The notes: generated from the sequence alone by a model not told the origin. A DNA stretch of 64,000 nt from Vicugna vicugna (GCA_013265495.1 MU058009.1:2234001-2298000), one strand, 5' to 3'. Shown: positions 23,756 through 37,870, counted from the first letter of the stretch. Numbers and translations are program-made.

Positions 23756-26689
23756 TGATACAACAGCTGTTTGAAGGAATGAGGGAGTTGGTGTAAAAAT
23801 CAGCCCGGGCTCGGCAGGCTGTTTGATACTGGAATGCTGCCGTCTGTAGTGCCCTGTCAGTTCTAGGATTTTATAAAGAGAAAAACAAGCTATTTATGAA
23901 ACGCTTTTATGAAGTTTAACGTTTCAGACGTTACCGGAAACGTGTCACAATGTTTGTAAATACTGAGAGTTCAGTGGTCAGAGGATTAACCGGTTGATTA
24001 CCTCCTTTTGTGACAATTTTCCAGTAGATCCTCTAAAGGAGAAATCAATCAATCAGTCAACAATTGCTAATTGAATGTCAGACTATGTGAGAGAACATTC
24101 TAGATGCTGAGGGAGACCCAAAACAAACAAGCAAACAACCACAAAAATCCATGAAGAGCTTCATGTCGGACAGAGACAAGACAGTCCAGGGAGAAGGTAA
24201 TTCTGGCCAAGTCAGGAGCTCAAACCGTTCAGGGTAAAGAAGTTGTTCAGAGCAGGCGGAGAGCATTTGCAAATCACTTCTTCATGTAGAGACACCATAT
24301 TTGGAGAAATTGGCATTAGCCAGGACCAGCGGGGTCCTTGGATTGGCCACATCCTTGAGCTGCCACGGCTTCCCTGGCAGCTCCGGGCGTCACCAAGCTC
24401 TGAGCCCCGGGGCTTCCTCAGCCTCCTTACGGTTCTTAGTCAGGAGTGAGCGGGTTTGGGGTGGTCATCACCATTGGTCGCTTACTTCGAAATCTCTTCC
24501 TTTCCACTACTTCTTGCCTACAGAGTAGATGGTGGGAGAGACAGAAGTGGATGTAACAGGGCAGTGTTGCAACTTAATTTGTATCACGGCAGCTGGGGGC
24601 TTTCTGCATCAGTTCTTGGATGTACTTAAAGGTGGTGTGACGTTTGCATCTGCCTCTGGATGTGATACCCAGTTCACCCATGAGGCGGCTCCTAGTGTCT
24701 CAGCCTTCATCCTTCCAGCGGCAGCCTCCACCTCGGACCACGTTTCCTGACATGCTGTCCACCTTTAGCCACCGTGCTCACGGGCACAAGACTGTCCCTA
24801 GCTGGTGGTGACGTGGGAGGCCTGTCTCTGCTGCCACGTCTGGTTCTCGTGTTTCCCGTACAACCGACTGGCATTTCCTGCTGGGGATCTGGTGTCGGAC
24901 CGTGGGGGCCTGAACGTGAGAGCAGTAGCGTAGCCTCCTCGCCCGTTTCTCGCTCGATCACTCTTGATTGCTTCCCCTGCAAAGTAGGTTTGGGAATCAC
25001 ATGGCAACTTCAGCTTTTCTGAAGGCACAGCGTCAGGGCGAGGGCTGGGCTGCTGGACCAGATGCCCGTTCGCAGTAACGACTCGATCAAAGCTTCCGTG
25101 AGAGATCACCTAGTATCCATTCACCCTGAAGTCTTTGAGAAGGAGAACCCTGGAGACCCACAGCCACGCATGCTGACAGCGCCGTGCTTGTTACAGTTCT
25201 GAGAGCTGTCGCCACGTCCTGAAGTGAGCGCAGGCAGCTGGGAGAGGTCATCACGGGAGGCCGCAGGCTGTCTCGGGAACAATGCCCCATTCACGGGCTG
25301 CAAGGGCAGGCCTGTCTCGTGCCAACCAAGATGGTGCCAGGAATAGATGTCACTCCTCTTGTCTTGCTCCAGGTGATTAGAACCAGTTGAGAGGGTGACG
25401 CACAGCAGAGACCAGGAAGGACAACACAGAGGGCGTCCATTTCCCCCCCTTGGCCCAAGAGAGAAAGCAAGGGTTTGCCATTTGCCGGCGCTCGAGTCCC
25501 CTTGTAAACCGCTAGACACCTTTAGCTTATCAGCTTGACCTTTCGGGGCCCATCTCCCGCTGGGTTCAGAAACAACAGAGAGGCTACCTGCTCAGTGAGA
25601 GTGATGTTGTCTTAATGAAGCTGGTGGGAAATGCCTTTCTCTTTGGAGAACCTCGCTGGTATTTCACGTCTCCTCCCCAGGAACACACAAGGCCTGTCCA
25701 TTTGGTGTGAGCAGTGAGAGGAGGCTTCCGACAGGTGCCGTTGGGAGCTTTCTGGTGGAGGAGGCATTTGGAGGGCACCAGGCTTGTTTTGATCTCTGCT
25801 CAGATGGAAGGCTTTAGCGTGCTCCCCTCTCAGGCTGGGGAGGGGACTCTTTGATCTCTCTTGCCTAATAGGCAGAACCCTCTTCTCTGTTTCCTCTAAG
25901 GACAAAAATAAACAGAGAAGCCGAGTTTGTGAACAGCTGCATAAACAATGCAATTGGGAAGTAGGCAAAAAAAAAAATCCGTGGGTTATATATACATTCG
26001 TACGTATATCCTCTTGATCTGCATTTTGCATCCCTGTGACCATCGCTTGATCTGAGAGAGATTTCCATCGGATGCAGTAAAAGCCAGTCCCTTAATGCTT
26101 CGAGGGGTTTAAGGCCTCAGAGCATTTGGGCAGAAGCATTTCTCTCCCCTGGACACACAGCAGTTCTGAGACATTCCAACTCTAATAATTCCGAGTGTAA
26201 TAAAACAGCCCTCCTTCGTGTGCCTGCGGTAGGCTCCTCGCCCTCTGGCGGGTAGGAGACGGATGATTGTCTAGCAGAGGTGATGACTTTACGCTTAAGT
26301 CCTGTGCCCCTCCCTCCCAAACAGGTCTTTCTTTTGACAGCTGTCATTTATTTAATGGTGCACCATTTGCCAGCTCACAGGCACGAAGCTCTGGAGGGTC
26401 CTGAGTTTTGTCTCCTGACCTCTGACCAGTCTCCATCAGCTTTCTCTTTTGTCTGTCTCTTCATGGACACTCTTGGTTCAGGCCGCTGACCAGGGCTAAG
26501 GAAACTGTTTCCTAACTGCTACTATAACTTCATGTTTAAAGATGATAAAATTGTTTGGATGACAATACGAAATACGACAGGATGGAAAGCACGCACGTTA
26601 CCCTGTGGACTCTTGGGAGAACACAGGAGAAACAGTGACTTTCCCGAGACAGCGGAGGTTCAACTCTTGGAAACCGTGTCACAGTCTAA

Positions 26690-27015
26690 GGCTAGTGTCT
26701 GGGTACCTTCCGTGGCCCTTCCTCCCTGACCTGTCCTGTAGGCTTTTGCCTTTATGCCTCTGTCACACAGCTCCCTCTGCCTGGATGCCTGCGTTCCTTC
26801 CTCCTGCCCATCAGAATCCTCTCTCTTAATCGGAGCGGCTCATGGCATCTCCTTCCCCGAACATTCCAGGCAGAAGTGTTCACTCCTCTTTCTGAATTTC
26901 CAGCATCCTTAGAATCCTTAGTCCACGTTTCATTGCGTGCCTGGCTTAACAGGTACCTTTGTATATTTCTTCCCTGTCTCCCTACTAGACTATGACTTCC
27001 AGGACAAAGGGTTTT
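26690..27015 (+). mobile_element. L2 3' region (resumes at about 27560-27635 after an L1 insertion)
   Basis: gctccctctgcctggatgcc...ctgtctccctactagactatgacttccaggacaaagg, then ...agcatagtgcctggcgtaagg...ataaatactt. Confidence 0.7.
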
Positions 27016-27016
27016 A

Positions 27017-27550
27017 ATTTTATTTATTATATTTTTTGTTGACTTATAAGTTGATTTACAATACTGTGTTTGTATCATTTAGGGTGGACAGCAAAGTGAT
27101 TTGGTTATGTATATATTCCGATTCTTTTCCATTATAAGTTATTACAATATATTGAATATAGTTTCCTACACAGTGAATCCTTGTTATCTGTCTTATGTAT
27201 AGTAGTTTGCATCTGTTAATCCCAAACTCCCGGTTTGTCCTTCCTCCCCCTCCCTTTCCCCTTTGGGAACCGTAAGTTTGTTTTCTGTTTCTGAGTCTGT
27301 TTCTGTTTTGTATATAGATTCATTTGTATTGTTTTTTAGGTTCCAGCTGTAAGTGATACTGTCTATTTGTCTTTCTCTGCCTGACTGACTTCACTTAGTA
27401 TGATCATCTCTAGGTCTGTCCGTGTGGCTGAAAATGCATTAATTCATCCTTTTTATGGCTGAGTAGTATCCCATCGTATACATACATACGTACTATATAT
27501 GTATACACACACACACTCTACATCTTCCTAAACCAGTTGTCTGTTGATGG
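27017..27550 (-). mobile_element. Lineage-specific L1 3' end inserted in L2
   Basis: gttgatttacaatactgtg...ataagttattacaatatattgaatatagtt...cttcacttagtatgatcatctctagg...tttttatggctgagtagtatcccat. Confidence 0.85.
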
Positions 27551-27704
27551 GTTTTTTTCCCTTCAAAGTATTTGTTACCTACAGAGCATAGCATAGTGCC
27601 TGGCGTAAGGTAACTTCTACATAAATACTTCATAAAGCAAATGGCTGGTACCAACCATGGTGGCCACACATTCACCCAGTATCTATCCCTCGTGCCCACT
27701 CTTT

Positions 27705-28125
27705 CTTTTTCCAACTGACGGGTATTGTTGACAAATAAGACCATAAGAGATTTAAAGTGTACAGCGTGATGAGTTGATACATGTATATATTGTGAAAGGA
27801 TTCCGCCCATCCAGTTAGTGAACACATCCATCACCTCATATATTTACCTTTTTTTTTTCCAGTAAGAACATTTATGTTCTACTCTCTCAGCAAGTTTCAG
27901 TTACACGATACGACATCGGCAGTTGTACCCGCCGTGTTATGTGTCACAGCCTCAGACCTTATTCATCTGATAACTGAAAGTCTGTGCCCTTTGGCCAACG
28001 TCTCCACATTTTCCCCACCTCCCAGCCCCTGGCAACCACCTGTCTACTTTCTGTTTCTATGAACCTGACTTTTTTTTTTTAGATTCCACCTATAAGTGAC
28101 ACCACACAGTATTTGTCTTTCTCTC
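27705..28125 (-). mobile_element. L1MA-like 3' UTR
   Basis: ttgacaaataa...tttaaagtgtacagcgtgatg...aacacatccatcacctcata...cccagcccctggcaaccacc...agattccacctataagtga. Confidence 0.8.
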
Positions 28126-28139
28126 TCTTTGTGCCCATT

Positions 28140-28310
28140 ATTTTTTTCATCGAAGTAGAATTGATTTATAGTTTTATATTAGTTGTAGGTGTACAGCCTA
28201 GTGATTCAGTATTTTTATAGATGATCCTCCATTTAAAGTTATTATCTAACAATGCCTGTGTTTTCCTGTGCTGCACAATAATATCCTTGAAGCTTATTTA
28301 TTTTATGTTT
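28140..28310 (-). mobile_element. Short L1 3' end
   Basis: ttgatttatagttttatattagttgtaggtgtacagcctagtgattcagtatttttatagat...ccatttaaagttatt. Confidence 0.7.
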
Positions 28311-28344
28311 TAGGAGCACCTCATTAATAAAAATCACAAAAGTG

Positions 28345-28490
28345 TCACTTACTTCTCACAATCATCCTATGGCGGTGGCATTACTTTTGTCCTCATTTCA
28401 CAGTTTAGGGAGACGGGGCCCAGGGAGATTAAGGAATTCGTCCAGGACCACTCAACTGGTTAGTGGTGGAGCCTGACTCCAAAGCCCCTC
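28345..28490 (-). mobile_element. MIR fragment
   Basis: ctcacaatcatcctatg...cctcatttcacagttagggagacgggg...gattaagg...ccaggaccactcaactggttagtggtggagcc. Confidence 0.7.
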
Positions 28491-31400
28491 ATTCGTATTT
28501 CTGGGCTGTGCTGTCCCTTGGGTGTCCTGTCTGGAGAGACAAGGGGAGTGAAGACCTGTTTCTGCTTCTCAGGAGCTTGCTGGCCACGGGAGAGACAGTA
28601 TGTCGGCGCAGCTGCCCTGCGGTGAGATGGGCTCGGTGGGGTGGGGGGGTGCCCGCCGGGCTGGGGAGCAGGGGGCTGGCGGGGCCGGTGTCCAAGGGGG
28701 GCTGCGAGCCGGGCAGACGCTGGGTTCTCAGCCATGACTGAATCTATGCCTCTCCCTTCTGAAGGTGTTAGTTCGCCTTCATCTGTGTTTCGTGGTAAAC
28801 AATGGCATTTCCCCTACGTGTTGGGATTCTTGTGGTTTCTATAGGTAGTCTGTGAAATGCATAAAATAGATGATGAGAGGGAGATGGAGAGACAGGGAGG
28901 CCATGGGAGAGACTAAAGAAGTAGTGTCTGCAGGAATTTGTTAAAGTCAGGTAGAAAAATGTGACTGTGAGTTTCTGTTGTTTCCAAGTATCCAAGAAAC
29001 ACGAAAGAAGCACTGGGTGGGCCTCTAATGAGAAAAATTGACAGTGGTCCATCAAAAGGATGTTCTAGGATTTTCTGGGCACACCGATCCATTCTTTCTC
29101 ACGTTTGAGGGTGGACTCTCTGAGTCCGGGAGCTTGAGGGATGGGACCTGAGAGCCACGTGGTTCAGCCTCACATACGCTGTAGGGCCTTCCTTCCTCCG
29201 CAGAGTCCCCACGGGGGTCCAGCTCTGCCTGCGCACGGCCCAGGGGAGGAGGAACCCGGCAGCCCGTTCCTGGTTCTCATTTCACTCTCTGGGGCCACAT
29301 GTTGTAAACCTCACTTTCCAGGTGAAGGCCCCTTCTTGTACCCCTGCTGAGTCACACTGGGCCAGCTCTCTGTGTCTTCACTGAGCAAAGCTGTGAATGT
29401 AAACGGAGCACCTTTTGTGTAGAATGCTGTTTGCTGGGGATACAAAGGTGAGTGAGACACGGCTTTTTCCCTCTAGGAGTTCATAGCCTAGTTCAGTCCG
29501 CAGTTCTTGATGTCAGGCTGTTTCTGGTTACTCTGTCCCTGTCACTCTTTCCTGGAGAGTCAAGGCCCACTTAAAGGCTGGTTTCAGCAACGGGTCCCAG
29601 CACTCCCTGCACAGTCTGTGCTTTGTGCTTCTGTGAGCCAAGCCTGCGCTTGCATTGGCTCTTTGAACTGTTATCAACCCACATCCCACCTTTCCCCCAT
29701 CCTCACTCCACAGACAGCGGTTAAGCCAGGTGTTTTCTGTGCTGTGTGTATTGAAGTCATTTAGTCACTCAGTCAGTTGTGAGTACCTCTTGAATTTTCA
29801 ACAGTCTACTAGGAGTGCTTTCTAACACATACCGTGCTGGACTAAGATGCAGTTTTGAAATTGAGCTCAGTCTAGTAGGAAAGACACATAATTAAACAGA
29901 AATTACCAGCAGAGTGTGACTGTGCTGTGATGGAAGTGCTTGCAGGATGTTACACAGTCACAAAGGAGGAGCATTTAACCAACCATCACGGAATGGGAGA
30001 GGGGAGAGAAAGATTGCTGGAAGAGATACAGAGAGTGACACACCAGAAACTTCTGTTTTAGGCAGAGGAAAACAAAAATATAAGTCTGAAAAAACCAGAG
30101 AGCTATTGGTTGCTAAATTATGATTGGGAATTTAAGCCCTTCTAAGAGTCTGGAGCTGTATCCTTACATATATTTGGAAATAGTTTCTAGTTGCAGGTGG
30201 AATCTGAGTTTTGTCTTAGAGAATTGCAGAGAATTAATTTCAGTTTTATAATTTAAAAGGCAAACGAGGACATGCTTCTCCCCAGGCCCCATGCTCAGCA
30301 CTTGACGTGAATTATCTTGTTCAGTCCCTGCAGTGACTGCTGAGCTACGTGCTGTTATTCTGTCTTTTGCAGGTGGCAAAACCAAGGCTTATCGAGGTTA
30401 AAGACATTTGTCACAGGTCACACAAGGTATGCAGTGGTTGCATGGGTGGTGTCACGGCTCTCGAGCTGGCCTTACACCCACCATCTTTGGGACCTGCGTG
30501 AGCAGAGGGAGGCCAGAATGGGGCAAGTGTATTTATTTCTAGCACGTTGAGTGAGTAGCAGGTTAGGCCGAGTAGATCTTTGATGGGAACGGTGGGAAAG
30601 GGCACCCAGTTCAGTTGATCAGGGGTTTTGATGGCCATTACGTGAAATTTAACTTTGTATCTGGACCCAGAGAAGTCCTTGAAGGTTTTGGAGGCAGGGA
30701 GTGCAAGGATAAAAAGCATTTTTTAGGAAGACCTAAAAGCTGAAGACGTGGATACGGGTTCACAAGGTGTCTCGGTGGTGTGAAGGCGGAGGGGCCTGCC
30801 TGCACAAGGGCGGTGACGGAGGGGAAGGGTGGGAGGGTGGAAGGCACTTCTGAGAAGGACTGTGCTTTATGCCCAAGGATGGCAGGGCCTGTAGGACTGG
30901 ACAATAAATACCTCAGCGGCTATTTTGGTTTCATCGGAGTCTGAATTTCCTTATGCTGCACTGAGGTGGGGGGGCTTCGGAGCTGAGAATGTGCTTCCTT
31001 TGAAGAAAAAGGCCAATGGCAATTTTTCTGAAATTGTTTACCTTTTATGTAAACTAGCTCTCGGCCCGTGAAGCTTGTATGACCTTCGATTCACTCAGTT
31101 CAGTTCTGGATAGTATTTAATTCAGACCTGTGACTAAGCTCCTTTGCATGGCTCACCTCAGAGCTTCTGAGATAAAGGAATTATGTAAGTTCAGCCTTTC
31201 ATTCTGAAGCAGGACTCTGGTCGTATTTCTCAGCTGCCAATAAGCGCAAGTTCCCTGTTTTCTCTTCTTTAATATTAATTACAGCTCCTAGCTTGGGTCC
31301 AGATCTTTCCTTAAAAACCCAAGACCTTTCTCTACTGAATGAGACCTCCTCCGAGTCTTGGATGGGAAACTTCTGATCGTTTCTTGGGCTTCCGTGTGCC

Positions 31401-33214
31401 ATGTCAATACATGTGTCTTCGAGTCCTGTGTTGGCCTGGGTGGAGTGACCGCAGAGAAAAGCAGGGGACGGGTCGGGGTCTGCTTGGGGCTCTCCTGTGA
31501 CTGTGTCCGGCACTGGCTTCAGAAAGACCCAGCATCTTGATTATGAGTATCCTGGGTGTGTGAAAATGCTACCTGAACGAGGTGTGGGAAATTCAAACGC
31601 ATATTACTAATGATTTTCATAAGGGCTAACATGTTTGGGCCAAAAATAATTAGCGTGAACAACAGAGCTGTCAACCAGGCTCTGGAATAACGAGGTAGAA
31701 ACTGATGAACAGACGCATTGTTCCTGTGGGCGCCAGCGTTTCATGATGACTAGTGCAGCATTGCTCATGTGTACCTGTGTTTACTGGTTACTTTATACCT
31801 GTATTTTCTAGTGATTTTACTTTTGATTTACTTTTAATTTTAATTTAATATCAGGCCTTTTATTTTAATTACAAAGTTAGATGATTCTGCCCCCGCCGCC
31901 CGCCCCATGATGAACCTTAGGAGAAGGAGAGGTTTTGGTGCTTTGTGACTTTCTCCTTTCCTTCCCTGGGACAGGCCTCGTAACTGCGCTCCTGATACAC
32001 GTTTTGATGGTGGCGATGAGAACGATGTTTGAAGTGCTAGCATCGCCTCGTAAGACAGACCCTTTGATGCTTCCGTGACTTCATGGTGTGTGGCCGGCCG
32101 GCCAGTTGTTCCCCCTTGTGGCCCTTTTCCCCTTTTAGATCCAAAAGCACCAGGAAAAGCCTTGCACCTTATTTTTGTAGCTGAGCCTCCAGGATGTCCT
32201 AGGAAATGCCCTCCCAGAACTATTCCAGGCAGCAAGCCTGCCTTCCTCCAGCTGCCCCGAGATTTCAGGCAAGCGATGCTGGTTGCTCTGTGGAGCCCAT
32301 TTGTTACAACTTGTATATTATGTGCCTCTCCCATCACCATCAGCATCTCTCCTCTCTCATCAGGAAAGACCAGATGCTGGCAGACCATGTCCCAGATCAT
32401 AGGGCATCAGGTTCTGGACCCTTCTGGCTCCTTCTTACAACGAAACTGTTCTGAGTCGTAAACTGAGGAGCAAACTTGTCCTTCATTGTGCAAGATATGT
32501 TTCGATGAGACATTTATCAAGACTTGGCTTAACAGACTCCTCTTCCCTCACCCTAACTCTGCTTTGTTCTCTTCCTCCTGCAGAAAAGAGACCAACATGC
32601 CATTTTAGGTCTTCTCTGAAGCGGTAGCTGACCCTAGATGTTTCTAAAGTCAAAGTGTGGCTGAAGTCCCACCACTTTCCCTGAAACTTCAGCAATACTG
32701 TTTCTTGAGACCGCTTCCTCTGAGCTCCAGCATCCCCTGGGCTCCCTTCTTAGGCTTCTGAGAGTCCACACTCAGAGAGACCTGTCCGGGGTCGGGGGTT
32801 TGGGACTTTTAGAAAGCTCCCTTGTTTCACCTTCTGTGGGAAGGATCGGATTAGACGGGGTGGCTGACCTCTGTGTGGACACCCCAGGGTAAGGCCTTCC
32901 CATCTGGTCTGCAGGCGGGTTCCGGGCCGGGGCTGGCACAGAGGAAGGATAAGGCTGCAGGTGCTTCTTAAATCCTTACCTGTGACTCTGAGTTGTGTCT
33001 CTTGTCTCAGTGCTTGGGTGTCATGCCGTGTCTGGGTCCTTGACTGATGGTGACGCTGGTGGTGGTTGTGGAGAGAGGAGGGTGAGGTTGGGGTGGAGGT
33101 GGGAACATTGGTTAAGAAAGAGCAGCAAATGTGAGTGTGCAGAGCAGGAGGAACAGTGCTGGGGGACGGAGAAGTTTGGCAGAACAGGCTTTTCCTACAC
33201 AAAATTCCTTAGGA

Positions 33215-33331
33215 TGGGGGGGTGGGTGTAGCTCAGTGGTAGAGCGCAAGGTTAGCACGCACGAGGTCCTGGGTTCAATCCCCAGGAACTCCATAAAAAA
33301 GTAATAATAAAAAATTTTTAAAAAGAAAGAG
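33215..33331 (+). mobile_element. tRNA-Ala(AGC)-derived SINE/retrocopy, short form with A-tail
   Basis: gggtgtagctcagtggtagagcgcaaggttagcacgcacgaggtcctgggttcaatccccaggaactcca plus an A-rich tail; exact 11-bp TSD attccttagga at 33204-33214 and 33332-33342. Confidence 0.9.
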
Positions 33332-34399
33332 ATTCCTTAGGAGAAGTGAGCTGGCTCAGTGTTTCTGAACGATTTCTTTGACTGTGACACCCACAGAGTT
33401 TGAAAGCGAGGATGGTCTAGGTCCTTGCTGGTTAAGGAGAACTTGAGGGGGCTGTCAGCTCCTGGCGCTGGTGTCTTGGGCTGATTATCCCCCCTTTGAG
33501 CTCTGACCAGCCAGAAGCCCTGATCAGCAAGTGAGCGGGTTAACCAGTGGTCACCACTAGTTTGTATTTAGTGACTTCCTTAGAAAGGTGACGCTTGACC
33601 CTGAGTCCAGTAAACGTCACCATGGGCCTGAAAACGGGAAAGCCCGACTGTGCCCTCCCGCTCCTTCGTGAACGGACGCTCGCCGCTGGGGCGCTGCTGG
33701 GGGGCTATTTTTGGAGGCTTTTGCAGTGTCCCGGGAGTATATCTGTCCAAGGTCTTTATTTGTACTTGAAACGACATTAAACACTCCTGCCGTCCGCCGG
33801 TCCTCTGCTGAGTCGTGGGACCATAATGAGGACACAGCAGATGTGAGAGGGACCCTGCTGGGCCCAGACTCCCTCTCGGCCCCGCTCCCGTGATGGGGAG
33901 ACACTCCTACTGGGGCAGCTCTCATCGCGGGCTCTCAGATGTGTGACAAGAGGGGAGGGCCGGGTCTGGCCTGAAAGGCCCTGGGCGGGCAGCAGGCGCC
34001 GAGGCCAGTGAGCGGAGCTCCTGCCTGCAGGGCCAGCTGTGTGTGCACTCTTCTCACTGAGGCCGGAACGTTGCTTTTATCAAAAATCCTCTGTTTTGTG
34101 CCAAATCTAAAGAGCAGAGATAAATACCTTGCAGTTGTGGGAGGGAGGTGGGCCTGGTGCAGGATCACAGGTGCTGGTGGTTAGCTGTGCCCGGGGAAAC
34201 CGGGCTCTGATGTTAACAGCGAGAGGGGAGATGCTCTGGACGGTGGACTGTGCTCGGCCGGGGCCCCCGTCGGGTAAGACCCGCAGCCGCACTGGTACCG
34301 CCCTTTCCAGTTCCTAACACTTTACATAAAGTGAAATGTATCAGTTATTACACTGACACTTGTCTGATTTTCCATTTTCTGATTAAATTTCTAAACCTT

Positions 34400-34497
34400 T
34401 CTTTTTAAATTGAGGTATATATAGTCAGTTACCATATGTCAATCATCTCTGGTGCACAGCACAATGTCTCCGTCATGCATATACATACATATATTTG
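34400..34497 (-). mobile_element. Short L1 3' terminal fragment
   Basis: aattgaggtatatatagtcagttacc...ctggtgcacagcacaatgtctccgtcatgcatatacatacatat, homologous to 47620-47700. Confidence 0.75.
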
Positions 34498-36149
34498 TCA
34501 AAGCCTTTTTCTGATACTCATCTTATTAAATAGGCAAAAGAAACCCTAAATTTAAAAAATATATACTTACTTTAAAAACCTGTGTTTTTATAAATTGATA
34601 TACTTCAGTTAAAAAATAAAGAACCTGTGCTTTTAAGTAATCTTGGTCAAATTCTACCCTGTGTTGTATTGACCTTACATTTTTTTCTGTCAATAGAATG
34701 ACAACTTTTGAACCAATAGTCCTGAACTCAGAATCTAGCCACGAGAGAGAGAGTATTTATTTGTGCCCTCACAACTTCTCTGCAGCGTTTGTTAACTTGT
34801 TACCAGCTGGGGAAATAAATTTGACTAATTAGGGGAAACCAAAAGCAGGGTGGGTATCGATCTCTAGGAATAATGGTTGCAGGTTCCATAAAAATGCCTC
34901 TCTACTTTTCACATGGTCAGTGGGGACATGGCTCATGGAAAATGAGAAAATACCTGGGCATCTGGCTACAGATCCGAGTGCTCTGCCCGTGTGTACGGCG
35001 TGGTGCAGTTCTTTGGTCTCGGTAATCAGCTCGTTATTTCTGTGTTAGATGGGTTTCAGAAGGTCCTGTGTTGTTTCAACCCAAGCTGTTGCCCAGGAAA
35101 CACAACTGTTTATGTTCTGTTCTTGCCTGGACTGAAACCATGGCGCCATCTTTCTTCCAGGCAGAGCAGAGCCTCCCCAGTTAGGACCACCTAGACCTTT
35201 CAGAAATCTGTGAGCCGCGCTGCTTTCTCTGTGTGAGGGAGTAGACGCAACTTTTTTGTGTGTCTTTATCTCTGTAGATTTAAATTTTCTACATTGAAGC
35301 ATGTTGCTCCCTATTGGGAAAAAATTAATGTGATTTAAGAAGAAATAAAAATGCTGTATCCTCTGCCTGTCTTCTTTGGGAGGAGGAGGCCCCGTGACAC
35401 GAAAATTCTGGGGCCTTGAGATAAGTATTAACTGTTCTTACGCAGCGTGAACCAACGCCTGTGCCTAACTCACGAGCATACCCTGGAAGAAGCAGAGGGT
35501 GTTCAGGGGGCACGAACGGACCTCCACTGTCTGCAACACCAGACGGTCAGAAAGGCAAGTCCCTGAGAAGTTGTAGTTTCGAATTTTGGAAGGTAGCATA
35601 TGACTGTGCACTTGGCCATGAGCAAAACAGGTTTCTGTTCAGGTTCCAGATACTTGCTGTCGTTATTAGATAATCTTTGTGAGAAGTAGGAGAGAGGTGT
35701 GTGTGCAGGGTCTGGCCCGGGGTGGTGCTCAGTACACTGTCCTTCCTTTGTGCCCGTCCGTCCCTTGCCTTGACATTGTGGGTGGAACTGAAGGGACGTG
35801 AGATTGATTTAGCAGCTTGTTGAGTCTCTTTGCTTTTGAAGAGATTGACCCTTTCCAAGAGCCTTACCATAAGGGGAGGTGTTTTTGTTTGTTTGTTTTT
35901 TTAATGAACAAGTCAATGTTTGTTGCAAGACATCGAGTTGTATAATATAATCAAATATAATACAGTCAAAGTTGTAACATAATCAAAGGTCTACCCTTAC
36001 TTCCTCCTTTCTCCCTAACCTTGTACTAGTCCCGTTTAGGAGAAAATTTCCAAGCAGAAGCCTTTCTGATTGGCTGGCAGAAGTATCGTATAACTAGCTG
36101 TTCACCTCTGATACACAGAAGCTTCCTTATAAAATGGACCACATGATTA

Positions 36150-36905
36150 CAGCCATTATAGAAAACAGTATGGAAGTTCCTAAAAAGGTTAAAAATAGGA
36201 CTACCCTATGATCCAAGATTCCCACTTCTGGGTATGTATCCAATGGAAATAAAATCACTCTCTTGAAGAGACAGCTGCACACTCATGTTCAATGCAACAT
36301 TATACACAACAGCCAAGACATGGAAGCAACCTAAGTGTTCACCGATAGATAAATGGATGAAGAAAATGTGAGATAAATATCTACATACATATTCCATATA
36401 TAATGGAATATTATTCAGCCTTGAAAAAGATGAACTTTTTCTGTGACAACATGGACAAACCTGGAGGACATTGTGCTGAGTCAGACAGAGAAAGACAAAT
36501 GCTACATGATCTCCCTTAAGGGTGCAGTCTAAAATAGTACAAGTCATAGAAGAGTAGTCATGGGGAGCTGATGGCTGGGGAAAACAGGGAGATGTTGGTC
36601 AAAGGGTACAAACGTTCACTTGCAAGATGAGTATTTTCAGGAGACCTAATGCACAGCATGGGGGCTCTAGGTAACAATAATATATTCTATACTTGAAATT
36701 TGTGAAGAGAGTAGGTCTTAAGGGTTCGTACCAGGCACCGAGAAGGTAACCATGTGAGGTAATGGGTGTGTTAATTGGCTGGATTGTGGTAATCATTTCC
36801 CAGTGTATACATAGATCACATCATCAGGTTGTACACCTGTTAATATATAGTTTTTATTCATCAGTCATACTTTAGTAAAGCTGGAAAGAAAAGAAAAGAA
36901 GAAAT
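36150..36905 (+). mobile_element. L1MA-like element (ORF2 end plus 3' UTR)
   Basis: cagccattatagaaaacagtatggaagttcc...atgatccaagattcccacttctgggtat...catggaagcaacctaagtg...taaagctggaaagaaaagaaaag. Confidence 0.9.
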
Positions 36906-37870
36906 TGCGAAAGCCCAGAAACTTCCAAGGTAATGTTTACCATGTCTTCTCAGACTGTTAAAATTGTGGTGCGTTTAACACTGGGTTGCAGGATAAAAGA
37001 GTTAACCATAAAAAAACATAGATCACACGAATGAGGAAAAAGAAATATCTGAGGCCAAACAATACTCAGCATTTTGGTGGCTCTTGCCTAGACAGGCACA
37101 CAGTGATGTGGACGGAGCATTTGTTCCTGTTCCCCTGGAGATCTGAGCGCTGGTCCCAGTTCAGACATCGACTTTCTGTGCGACTTTAACACCTGATCCC
37201 ATCAAAGGCTGGGTTAGAGAAGAGCAGTCTCTGTGTGTTGCTATTCAGTGTCCCACTCGCTATAAATCACATAGCCTCCAAGTCTTAATTGTGCATGGTG
37301 AGATTTATGCCAAGCGAGTCTTTTGCCTTTTACAGTTATGACCTGTATGACCTATGAGGCTCTCAGATGAGTCAAGAGTTTATCACTCCACTCCCTCGTG
37401 AACTGCCAAGATTTAGTAGAGCCGGAGAAGCTTCCTGCATGCATCAATACTCTCGCTCTTAGCACGTCATTTAATTCAGCTGACATCTGTTTAGTGGGTA
37501 TCCTTTGCAAAGTATGGGAGGTACATTGTGGGAAACAGAAGTATAAAACAAAGACTTTATGATTGAGGTGAGAAATGTAGGAGACACTCGCGGGCTCTGA
37601 GGGTGCTCATAAAGTCATTCCATCTTGGTACCAGAAGGGACCTTAAAAACCAGCCAACTCCCCCATTTACAGATGAGAATTCAGAGAAAGAGAGGCCTCA
37701 GTGCGGTCTGAGGCTCAGGCAAGCTTAATGGCGCTGTTGAGGGTAGAGTTGCATCTTAAAAAGACAGGATGTGGCCCCGTACAGGGAGCAGCTTTGGTCC
37801 TGGTTGGCCAGTTGGGTACTGTGGTCCACGTGATTGTGTTGCAGAACCTTACTGCTGTGGTTCCTACTAT

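Noticed and set aside
24760..25410. Possible MLT1/MaLR LTR remnants (also ~63600-64000)
   Set aside because: Resemblance too weak to set boundaries or a family by eye.
31840..32461. Longest non-BARX2 ORFs (186 aa minus strand, 128 aa plus strand)
   Set aside because: No recognisable domain or exon structure; overlapping ORFs on both strands are consistent with chance in 64 kb.
33215..33292. Functional tRNA-Ala gene
   Set aside because: It has an A-tail and TSD, mismatched anticodon and acceptor stems and extra 5' Gs, and related SINE copies occur in the window. It is a retroposon, not a tRNA gene.
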